Shown: one piece after another, positions 25,940 to 38,511 of the stretch | Layout of the letters: every line of letters starts with the position of its first letter | Position numbering within the stretch: position 1 is the stretch's first letter | NCBI GenBank assembly: GCA_951406725.2 | Contig: OX597828.1 | Location: forward strand, 13,702,001 to 13,766,000 | Source of the DNA: Octopus vulgaris | Lineage: Eukaryota | Length of the DNA stretch: 64,000 nt | Direction: 5' to 3' | Program-made: the position numbers and the translations under genes | The notes under the pieces: generated by a model | What the model saw: only the letters and a program-made list of their open reading frames with translations | Told to the model about the DNA's origin: nothing | Databases searched by the model: none

Positions 25940-28421
25940 TTAAAAGTCTGCGAGCCTCAAGTTGGCCAGCCCTGGTCTAGGTCTTCCATGGTTTCGTTTC
26001 CCCTTTCATAGTTAGGAATAAAGGACTTGTCTGTCATTGCTCATCCTGTGTATGTGGCCCAACCAACGTAAATTTCCATCAACGAGGATTTCCAACATAA
26101 GAGGCAGACCAGCATATTGGAGAATCTCTTCATTCCTGATTTTATCAAAGAAAAAGATGTTCATAATTTGTTGCAGCTGTCTCATCATATATGCAAGTAA
26201 TTTGTCTACTTGAGCTTTGCAGACTATTCACATTTCAGCTGCATACAACTGAGAAGAAAGCACTATGACCTGCTAGAACCTCACATTTGACCTGTATAGA
26301 AACATTCTGTTTATGCCACAACCTCTCCTGTAACCTGTCAAATGAATCACAAGATACTGTCTTATAAAATGACATTTGATAATGTAAATCCAGATAAATT
26401 GTATCTAAGACGAGATGGTCACAGCTGGAGTGCTTTAGGTCAGGGTTATTCTGGACATTGACTGAGATGTACAGAAACAGACTGGATGGCTGAGAGAAAA
26501 TAATATTCCTAGACTGCAACACTTATGATGTGTTGAGTGGTGAGGATACAAACACACACAGAGTAGAAAATGTTTTGCCAGTATTTTTTCCAGCTTTATG
26601 CATTCTAAGTTTTAAAATCCTGCTGAAGTCAGCCTTGCCTTTTGGGATCCATCTGGGTTCAATAATACAAAATACCACTCCAGGCTAGAGGAATGACAAA
26701 ATTGTTAGAACAGTGAACAAAATACTTTCTGATTTTAGTTTCAGTTCTTTATTTTCTGAATACCAAAGTAGGTGTGGTGAATATACCTGTATTGAACCTA
26801 CAAAATGGTATCTTGCTAAAAATATCTGGAAGAAGGTAATAGGAAACCTCACTTGTATACTCTCACAAAAACTCCTTGATAACTTTGTAGCCCTTGTCAA
26901 GGATACTTGGGAGCCTTTTATGATCAGATGGCTCACAAAGAATAGTTAATAGCTTCTCATTTTGGTTTGGAATTGATTGCATGTTGTTGTTGTTGCTGCT
27001 GTTTAACAATGCAAGCAACTAAGACCATGTCCCAAATACAGATACTATTCTGAAGAGCAGCCAACCAAGTTGATGCAGATTCAAGGAGTAATAAGGTCCT
27101 CAAAGAACAAGAGTTTTCGGCAGCTCAAGAAGTTCCATCTCTTCCTGTTTCTGTACCAACACTTGAGTTTTATGAAACAGATGTGGTGGAAGACACGGGA
27201 CAAAGTATTGAAGGCCAATCTCAAAACGCTGCACTCTGTAAAGGAGATGGCAGAGGACCAAAATATGTGGTGCATACCTACCACAACAGAATTGAGGTCC
27301 CAAAATCAAGGTACCATGTAAAAAGCATTGGTGGGGATGCTGGTGTCATGTAAAAAGCACTAGTGCTGGTGCCACATAAAAAGTGCCCAGTACACACTGT
27401 GGAGTGGTTGGCATTAGGAAAGACTTCATCATCATCATCGTTTAGCGTCCGCTTTCCATGCTAGCATGGGTTGGACAGTTCAACTGGGGTCTAGGAAGCC
27501 AGGAGGCTGCACCAGGCCCATACTGATCTGGCAATGTTTCTACAGCTGGATGCCCTCCCTAACGCCAACCACTCCGTGAGTGTAGTGGGTGCTTTTTATG
27601 TGCCACCAGCACAGGTGCCAGACGAGGCTGGCAAACGGCCACAATCGGATGGTGCTTTTTACGTGCCACCAGCACGGTGGCCAGGCGAGACTTCCAGCTG
27701 TAGAAACCAAGACAATGGAACCTGGTGTGGATCATGGCCCTGTCAGTTCCTGTCAAGCTGTCCAAGCCATGTCATCATGGAAAATGGACGTTAAATGCTG
27801 ATGATGAAATTTATCCACTGGAGAGGTTGAAGCTTAATAAAATACCCCCTCAAAAGCTCCTTCTCAAGTCATATAGATTCTGAGGGCCAGTTTCCTAGAT
27901 TCTGTGGCACACTTTCCCCTTGGATGGGATGCCAGTCCATTGCAGGAATACTCATTTTTTGTCAGCTGAGTGAACTGGAGCAACATGAAATGAAGTGTCT
28001 TGTTAAAAAAATCAATGCATTATCTGGTCCAGGAATTGAAACCACAATCTTACAATCAAGTGTACTACCCCAACCACTAAGCCACATGTCTCCATGTACA
28101 CTCTTAAAAACACTTGTCATTTACACTCTGCCTTTCTAACCTTACTGTCTACAGCAATGGAGAGCCTGTCATTCTTTGGTGGTATAGTGTCTGCTAAAAG
28201 ATTTGGTCCACTCTAGCCATGTCTGGTAATACCTGATGCTGCTAAAATGCAAGAACCAAGTAGTTTGGCTATTGTCATTGTTGGATAACCAAACTATTCT
28301 ATCAAGACAAATCTGTTTAAATAGACCAAATTTTAGCCAGGTTGGACCTAAAAAAAGTTAAGAGTTAAATCATTAAAAAGAATTGGACTCAACAAAACAG
28401 TAATTATTTTGCAAAGATATC

Positions 28422-28427
28422 TTTATT
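28422..28427 (-). terminator. Probable polyadenylation signal (AATAAA) of COPG
   Basis: tttatt on the + strand about 400 nt downstream of the stop, in an AT-rich unique 3' UTR followed by T-rich sequence. Confidence 0.55.
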
Positions 28428-28824
28428 GTCTGTCATCTTTTAGAACAAGAACTGAAATAGCTGAGTTGTTATGAGTTCCAATGAAGCTGAAATATCATTT
28501 AAAAATGAAATAGGAACAAAAACCATAACAAATGAAATTCTTATAAAAGGAATAAATTATCCATCTTTAAAAAAACAATCAATTAATTTGTTTATCCTAA
28601 ATATCAGTTCTGTTTGAAATTTGCATTCTATGTTTTTTAAAAATATTTTTTAATTAACAGAAGAAAAAAAAATCATATGATTAAGTGTAACAGAAACATA
28701 CGCTACATTGGAAGTGTATGTGTTGCAAATAAAGATTAATATATCAACCCAAGTAATCATTCTAATGTATGTATATATATATGTATATATGTAATGGGTT
28801 TCTTCACTGCCCCCATATTATCTT

Positions 28825-29057
28825 CTAGCCAACAGCTGAAACAAGGATTTCTGAGACAATAGGATCTGAAGAGCGTACAGTAAGTTGCATGGTTACTCCA
28901 CCCTCAGTCAGTGCTAACTTAGCACGGAGCAAAGCATCGTGGCCACCACGAAATACACCAGCTAGATATAAAATATGTGAATTCTTTCCTGAAGGAACTT
29001 TATCAGATCTTTCACATGGTTGCATTCCAAGATACTGGATAATATTCTTGACAGCTT
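28825..29057 (-). CDS. COPG: gamma-COP terminal coding exon ([20 protein letters not shown]...ILVSAVG*)
   Basis: 233 nt including TAG stop; TGCAG acceptor. Confidence 0.97.
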
Positions 29058-31744
29058 CTGCAAATAAGAAAATTGGAGCAAATGAATGAGTTGGTAACCT
29101 TGAAGCTAAGTACACAGTAAAGAACATGTAATGGAGTTGTCCTTTTTACAACAAATAGAATCTTGAAATTATGGAGATGTACTTGCATAGCGAATGACTT
29201 GATCTAAGATCGTGTGCTGGAATGAAAACAATTGCAGCGTGACAAATTAAATTTAAATGTTGAAGTGAATCTAACAGATTTTGTGTGTTTCTTAAATGGC
29301 TTATAAAGAATTTGAAATGAAACATAGCTTTGGTGTAATATATTTGGTCTAAACAAACTAAGCAAAATAAATCACTAGACCCATCTAAGAGAAAACATTA
29401 CAGAGGTCAGTAAATATAGACATGCCTATGTGGTTGAGAAGTTTACTCTACAACCATGTGGTTTTGGGTTCAATCCCACCACAAAGTATCTTGTGCAAGT
29501 GTTTTCTACCATAGCTCTAGGCTGACTATGAATGATTTGGTAGATGGAAACTATATGAAACCCATCATGGCAACCTCACTTGTGCTAATGGCATGAAAAG
29601 ATCATGCAGTACACATTATAAAGTGGTTGATGTTATGAAGGGCATCTGGCCATAGAAAAACATGCCAAAGCAGATGCTGGAGTACAATTAAATCTTTGTG
29701 TCCACTGAATCCTGTCGAATTGTCTGAGTCATTCGACTATGAAACATGAACATTAAATGATGATGATGATGATTTGTGACAGATCATGCCTTTCTTTCAC
29801 TGGGCTTAAATATCATTTGTGGACTCATTGACTGGTTTAAAAAACCACATCAGATGCCATGATAGATGTAAGGTGTAAGTACAAGAGGTGGTCAAACTCA
29901 GCACAAGGAGTAGATAACTACCAAATATATATATATATCATATATATATATATATGTACACACACACACATATATACATATGGAGAAAAAGAGAGAGAGA
30001 CACACACAGAAGCACATGTATGTGTGTGTCTGTCTATGTGTTTACATTTATGTGTCTCTGAAAATTAGATGTGGAGACATTTTCCCTGTTAACAAATCGT
30101 GTGCAAGCTTTGCCCCTTTGAAGGCATGTGGACCAAGTGAGCCCTTACTTGAAAAACTAATGACAGGAAGGGAATCCAGCAGTAAAACAATGCTTCAATA
30201 ATAGAGTAAATCTAACCTAGTATTTTTGTCCACATTCCACATATGGTCACTTCATCTTTATATTTTTTTTTGTTTTGAGACAGTGTATTTAAGACAGGAG
30301 GGTATGGTTGGAAGGAGATTTGAGTGTTATTTCTAAGAGGTCCAGCAATCAGAGGATCCTTCACTGAATTCAGTGAGTGAAGTTTTCAAGTTAGAAAACA
30401 CATACATACCTACATATATATGTAGGTATGTATGTATTTATATATATATAAGTTAGATTTAAAATTAAAATTTAGAATTTAAAATTTATGTGTTGGGTAT
30501 GTTCCTAATAGTATGCCAATACAGAATGTTCACTGCCTATGGTTACCTGGCGTCATCCACAGTAATTGCACAATTATCACTGGATATATATTAGGAATTC
30601 CTCAGTAGAGACAGAAGAAACTTGATTTATCACAATGATATAAAGTTTCAACTGTATTCCATCTTCCGTTTCTATTATATATATATATGTGCATATGTTG
30701 CATGCACATACATATACAAATGCACACATACATTTGTCCATGCTGGCATGGGTTGGACGGTTTGACCAGGGCTGGTAAGCTGGAAGGCTGTATCAGACTC
30801 CAGTCTGATTTGGCATGGTTTTCTATGGCTGGATACCCTTCCTAACATCAACCACTTTGAGAGTGTAATGGGTGCTTTTATGTGCTACCAGCACAGGTGC
30901 CATTTGCATGACACCTGTATCTGCCACGGCTGCAATTTTGCTTGGCTTGATGGTCTTCTTCTTCTCAAGCACGACATAATGCCAAAGGTATTGGTCATTG
31001 CCTCCGTGAGGCCTAACACTCAAAAAGAACTCAGCCACTTTGCCTCTATACATATATAAATATACACAAACAAATAGTCTTTGATGTATTCTAAGGTTTT
31101 AACTGTGGCCCATTGAGCTGTTGTAATTCAATTTTAAGAGAAAAGATAACGAAACCAAGAGGAGAAATCTTTTTATTTACCTTCCAGAGTTTTGACTGAT
31201 GATAAAGAAAATGTGTCTTCCAGTTCATTGGCAGGACCGACTTCTTCCCAAGAAGCACCAAAGTTGGGCTTCATCACACGCTGTACATGGTCAGCGACAC
31301 TAATGTCAATGTCTTCAAGCTAAAAAAAATATAATGCATATGTGTGTGTCTTATTCATGGAATTTCTTCTTTTTCAATGTAAATTGTACAAAACCTGGTT
31401 AATTCTTTAATTACCATATTTACCTGTCTATAAGTCGTATTATTTCATATGATTTTAATTGAAAAAAAACTGGAGTGCAACTTACACGTGGGGCAAAGCC
31501 AAAAATCTATGAAGCAAGAAATGTTGGGGATGCAGTTTATACACAAGTAAATATGGTATTTAATATTGAAATAAATATTTAACTATATTAGAACTTTGCT
31601 TTGCAACTGTGTTGTGTGAAAGCAGGTTTGACACCTCAACTGTGGGTTAGGGTTTTCTATTACAACCTCTGGCTGACCAATACATTGTGAATGGAATTTG
31701 GGAGATGAAAACTGTGCTGAAGCCCATCAACATATACATATACA

Positions 31745-31810
<66 letters not shown>

Positions 31811-31822
31811 TATATATGTGGG

Positions 31823-31877
<55 letters not shown>

Positions 31878-32188
31878 CAAGTGCAGATATGGCTGTGCAG
31901 AGACCAAGTTTGCTTTGTAACCATATGGCTTCAGGTGGTTGTCTTGGCTTGATTAATGCCTTGTGAGTGAAACCGATTGATGTTATTTTATAGTTCATGG
32001 ATAGCAGCTGGGGTTTCAGTGTATGCGAATGTGATGATAATGTAAACTACATTTGATTAAGGTATCTTGGGTCCAACAAGTAGCTAGAGGATTACCCCTC
32101 ATTTGGGTAATTAACTTCTTCCAAGGTTCTGCTAGCTATGAAACATATAGAGCCTGGGTTTTTATCTACTCCATTCTCTTATTTTGTG

Positions 32189-32229
<41 letters not shown>

Positions 32230-32623
32230 TACAAAATGGGACAAGAACGCAAAACATTCAGAGAGCTAGGTGATACAAAAAGGGACAACAAAACATTCAG
32301 ATAGATGATAAAAGAAAACAAAGTCTATCTAGATGTTTTGTTGTCCCTTTTTGTATTACCTAGCTGTCCAGATGTTTTGCGTTCTTGTCCCATTTTGTAT
32401 TTTATATATATATCTCTTTTACTCTTTTACTTGTTTCAGTCATTTGACGGCGGCCATGCTGGAGCACCGCCTTTAATCGAGCAACTTACCCCGGGACTTA
32501 TTCTTTTGTAAGCCCAGTACTTATTCTATCAGTCTCTTTTGCCAAACCGCTAAGTAACAGGGACATAAACACACCAACACCGGCTGTCAAGCAATGCTAG
32601 GGGGACAAACACAGACACACAAA

Positions 32624-32669
<46 letters not shown>

Positions 32670-35600
32670 TACGACGAGCTTCTTTCAGTATCCGTCTACC
32701 AAATCCACTCACAAGGCTTTGGTCGGCCCGAGGCTATAGTAGAAGACACTTGCGTACGTACACTTTGCTCTCTTATATATATAAATATATATAGACATAC
32801 AGACACATGCATACACACATGTGTGATGTGTGTGTATTTGCATATATTTGTATAAATATATTTACTTGAGTGTGTGTGTGTAGATGACTAAATGTATATT
32901 GTAAATATGTTTATATTTACACCAGTTGTTTTTTGATGTCCTTTTAATGTTTGGCAGCTTACCAGTTTGATAAACAGATTTACATAAAACTGTGAGGAAA
33001 TCAAGGGAGTGGAGAGAGGAAAGGTTTCGTGATCCAACTTACCACATATTCATCTGGGTAGCCATCATCATCTGGTTCTCCTGTGTTAGGATCACAGTCT
33101 TTGACAATGAATTTTAGGCTGCAGCTGAATGTTGTAGTCACTGAAGTGGAATAAAAAAAATAATAATAAAAGAAACAATTCATAAGAAAAAAAATTTTTT
33201 AATCCTTAAAAGAAACCTTTTAAAAAATCAGATAAAATAAATTTAAAGAGCATAAAGACATTCTTTTTTTAAAGTAATACAAAGGAGGTGCAAGCAAGGC
33301 AGAACAATTATAACATGGAGAATGTTCACAGAAAACTTGCACTTCATTGGTCACAACGATGAGGGTTCCAGTTGATCTGATCAACAGAGCAGCCTGGTGC
33401 TTTCAGTTAATTGTGCCAGTGATGAGTAGATCTGATGATCCTTCTGTTGTCAACCTTCACCTGTTTCCAGGTTAGCCTGCATTACTCCATAAGGAGCAGC
33501 CTGCTTGTGAAATATTATGTAGATATTACTAACACCTCAGCCCACTGCTACCCCCCAAAAAAAAAATGGCACTCACCTATGGTTTCATCTTCGGGGAGAC
33601 GTACAAGTACATAGGTAGTTCCAGGCTGGTCATATGGTAAATTCTGACAAGGAACTGCTTTTAGCACCTCAAAGGGATCTGTTGATTCTAAGTGTACTGT
33701 GACATTTTCAAGTTTCTGGTCATTAAGAGTGTTGATGCAGTCAAACTGAAATAAATAAACAATACAACATACATACAGAATCTACCAGTGGATTGTTTCT
33801 CTCTTAAAACATTTCTGGATGGCTTGTTTCTCTGCATTCAGCAGAGAGGCCCTGGTTTGGGGAGTTCCAGGGTTTTGAGTAGTGAAGAACCAGCCCTTAG
33901 CTCCAATTGTTCCGGGTTTACACTGATGCAAAGCAGTTAGGGTCCCAGCTATGGGTTAAATAGCATGTAACCACCTCAGCCAGGGTTTGTTGAAATCATA
34001 GGATGCAGCAAGGTGGATGTGAACTATTTCAGCAGGTGAACTGATTGAATCAATGGCAAATAGATGTGGAGCAGATGAACAGGCAACGAAATAATACTTG
34101 TATGACAGCGACACTCATCATCATCATTTAATGTCTGTTATCCATTCTGGCATGGGTCGGATGGCTTGACCAGTGTTGCCAAGCAATACCAGACCTGAGT
34201 CTGATTTGACATGGTATCTATGGCTGGATAGATAGAAGGCAGCAAAATGGCAGAAACGTTAGCACGCTGGGCGAAATGCTTTGCGGTATTTCATCTGCCG
34301 TTACGTTCTGAGTTCAAATTCTGCCGAGGTCGACTTTGCCTTTTATCCTTTCGGGGTCGATAAATTAGGTACCAGTTACGCACTGGGGTCGATATAATCG
34401 ACTTAATCCATTTGTCTGTCCTTGTTTGTCCTCTCTGTGTTAAGCCTCTTGTGGTTAGTAAAGAAATAGGTATCTATGGCTGGATGCCCTTCCAAATGTC
34501 AACCATTTTACAGTGTGTGCTTGTTTTTAGTGACACCACACAGACGTTTTTACGTGGCACTGCCATGAGTGCTTTACACCACCAGAATGGCCAACCTTAA
34601 CATTGCTGCTGCGGAGTACGGGTCTTCTTGAGTACAGCTAGGCACCAAGCATTTTGGTCCTTTGTCATCTTGCCTGAAGGGTTCAGCTTATACATGGTAC
34701 TGCACAGGTGCTTTTATGTATCACCGTACACATTTACGACCGTGGTCAAGACAATGCAATTTACTATGTTACGCTAGACTTCACGGTCCATCATAGCATT
34801 ACGAAGTTCCTGTTGCTGGATGCCTGTATCCCTGGAGATTACATCAGGGTAGGAGAGTGTGCGTCCTCCAGTATCGCGAGCAGATGGCTTCCAGAGGAGA
34901 AGAGTAGAAATTACCTCGTTTTCAGCTCTACAACAATGTCCAGCAAACTGGACTCTTCTACCTTTCACAAGAGATGATACAGGTGGTAATATCCCATATA
35001 TTTGTACACCAGAGAAACCGCCTCTCAAGCAATGTTAAGACAAGGACACATTAACACACACACATGACAGGCTTCTTTCAGTTTCTCTTTAACAAATCCA
35101 CTCACAAGGTTTTAGTCAGCTCAGGGTTAATGTAGAAGACATTTGCCCAAGGTGCTACAGAGTGGGGCTGAACCTGAAACCATGTGGTTTGCAAGCAAAC
35201 TACTTATCCACACAGGCACACCTGTGCCTCTAGAGCTACCTAAAGTAACTCAAGAAGTTAAACATGAACTTTTAATAGAAATAAATTTACCTGGAACACA
35301 ATATAATGAGCAAAAGTATGCTTGATACATCGTACGACATACTCTGTTTCTTCTTCTGTCAGTTCAACTGGTTTAGTTGAGGATTTGAATAATGGTCCAA
35401 GATTACTGAATTCTGGAATGTTACTTAATTGCTCTGTAATTAAACAAAGAAAAAAAAAATAGTTACATTTTTAATAGAATAAACAAATTTCAGTGGTGCT
35501 TACAGTTAATTGTGCCAGTGATGAGTAGATCTGATGATCCTTCTGTTGTCTACCTTCACCTGTTTCCAGGTTAGCCTGCATTACTCCATAAGGAGCATAG

Positions 35601-38450
35601 CGCCAGCTTTCTGGTTTCTCTGGTGTATATATACTCCATCCTTGATGGGATGTTGGTCCATCGCAAGGTCACTCATTTTTATCAGCTGAGTGGATTGGAG
35701 CAATGTGAAATGAAGTGTTTTGCAGTAGAATGCAATGCATTGCCTGGTACAGGAATCGAAACCACAATCTTATGATCATGAATCCAACACCCTAACCACT
35801 AAACCATGTACCTATACCCAATGTGATATTACCCCATGGCCAGATATGTTTTCCGTGAAATATGTATTCATGTACATATATTCATATATGATGGGCTTCG
35901 AGTTTCTGTCAACCAAATCCACTCACAAGGCCAAGGGGGATTGAACCTGAGACCATGTGGTTGGAAAACAAGTTTCTTAACCATGCAGCCATGCCTGATT
36001 TTTGGTATTGGGATGGGCTTCCAGTTGGAGAAATCATGCCAAAAATGTAATGTAATGAGCAACACATGGTATTACAACCTGTCTATGAAGGTAGTAATTC
36101 TAAATAAGAATTATGATCTGACCAATCCATGCCAGACCAGAAGGTGAACATAAAATGATGATGGTGTTGCTGATGACATCCAGGAAAATATTACCAGTGA
36201 GAAAACAAATATCTTAGTCTTATCCAGGGAAAAGTTTGTCTCACATCAATTTATATCTATAGAAAAAATGAAATTAATCACCAGTTTTCATGTGGTTCTG
36301 TGTTGAGCTTTGGAAGATTAAATGATGACAGAGGAATTGTCATGACAGAGATGTGACAAAAAAAAAAATAATAAAATGGTAACCACAGAGGAACAGGGAA
36401 ACCTGGTTTGCTACTCACCAGCATAAACATCTTGTCGAGTTGAAGCAACTTTTTCTGGTTTATCCCTAACAGTTTCTCCTGGTTCCATAACTAAAAGCAA
36501 AAAAAAAATTTTAATTAAAACAAAAACAATATAACATGTATACAGAGGTGGTTCGCAGAATTGATAACTACTTCGCTTACTAAAGCCCTTCACTCTCTGT
36601 AGAGCTTTGGCTACTGACAGCTTTTTGCCAATGTTATCAGCTTGGGGCCCGTCCTCCTCTCCCAGATCTTGCTGGTTTTCAATTGTCATTGATGCTTCTG
36701 TAACTTGGCCGTTTTTCTATGTAAAAGTGTTGGCCATACACAAACCCATTTTTACCTCTGGGAAGAAGTGGTCTTAATTATTCTGGCCCGTCTTTTGACC
36801 TGCCAGTATGGTGATGGTGGTGGAGGTGGTAGTAGTGGGGAACTCTACTAGGCACTTGCACTCTGCTGGTACAGCTCAGAGGGTCATTGAATCACACAAG
36901 CCACACCACCGCAATAGCGACTGAACCATGGAATGGAGACTCGATAAAGCACTGGTCAAAATATCTACTTTTTCTTTTAGTGGTTAGATATGTTGTATTA
37001 CAGTAGTGCACAATACATACATGAACAACTGTCTGATATGACTATTACTAAAAACACAACAGCAAAGGCACATGGCTCAGTGGTTAGAGTGTTGGGTTCA
37101 CAATCATGAGGTAGTGAGATCGATTCCAAGACCGGGCTGTGTATTGTGTTCTTGAGCAAGACACTTTATTTCATGTTGCTCCAGTTCACTCAACTGTAGA
37201 AATGAGTTGTGCGATCACTCGTGCCAAGCTCAACCTTTGCCTTTCCCTTAGATAAGATCGGTGGTGTGAAGAGGGAAGGCTGACATGCATGGGCAACTAC
37301 TGATCTTCCATAAATGTCCTTGTCCAGACATTGCCTTGGAGAGGAACAGTTTAGGTACAATCCCATGGTCACTTATGACTGAAGGGGGTCTAAATTTACA
37401 TGTAGCTTTCATCTTTTTCTCGACAATTGTTTGGTTTTTATGACTGAAGGGGGTCTTTACTTACTTTAAGAACACAACTAAAATTCAATTATGGTTTTAT
37501 CTTACAAATTAACATACAAGTTTATCATTATTTCACAAAATATTGAATATGTCATCTTACCAGTTCTTTGTTCAACAATAGGCTGGGTTTCAAGTGGTAC
37601 AGTCTTCATGTCAAATGGCACATCTGATGCGTCGCTTTGAGAGTATTGGTGCAAAGCACGTTCCAGGCCAACCACTGACACCTGTAAGCCTTTTAAGAAG
37701 AATTGCATGTAAAGAATTAGAGATTTATTAAATGAGATATTACATTTACCCTTTAGCATTCAGATTACTGACAAATGTAATGCTTATTCATTCACATTGT
37801 TTTCAATTACTTTGAATTAATCTTGCAATATCTTGTAACTTCAAGATTTCGATGATGTGGTTATTTAGTGTTAGAATGACATTGCAGGGTAGGTGTAAGA
37901 AGCCAGATCCGGTCGGTTTGAACATAAACTGGCACTCTGTTGGTTATGACAGCGAGGGTTCCAGTTAATCTGATCAACAGAACAGCCTGCACATGAAATT
38001 AATGTACAAGCGGCTGAGTACTCCACAGACACATGTACCCTTAACGTAGCTCTCAGGGAGATTCAGCATGACACAGAATGTGGCATGGCTGGCACTTACT
38101 TTTGCCAGTTGATTGGACTGGAGCAACATGAAATAAAGTGTTTTGCTCAAGGACACAATGTGGTGTTGGGAATTGAACTCACAAGCATAACAACTGTGAG
38201 CAGAATACCCTAGCTACTTAACCATGTGCCTTCACTCTTGAACATAAAACAGATAGAATATTTGGGCTGGAAATGGCCCAGATTAAATGCTAAAGGATTA
38301 AGTATCTACATTGCCTTGAATGGCTTCCATGCCAGTGGCACGTAAAAAGCACCAACCGATCATGGCCATTGCCAGCCTCCTCTGGCCCCTGTGCTGGTGG
38401 CACGTAAAAAGCACTATATATATATATATATATCTATATCTATCTATCTA

Positions 38451-38511
<61 letters not shown>

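Noticed and set aside
26713-26949. 78-aa non-repetitive ORF
   Set aside because: GTG start, no splice context or recognisable domain; length expected by chance
33419-33440. C/D-box-like motifs (GTGATGA...CTGA) in the duplicated 104-mer
   Set aside because: They are antisense to the COPG host transcript and the boxes are only a few nt apart, so not a credible C/D snoRNA
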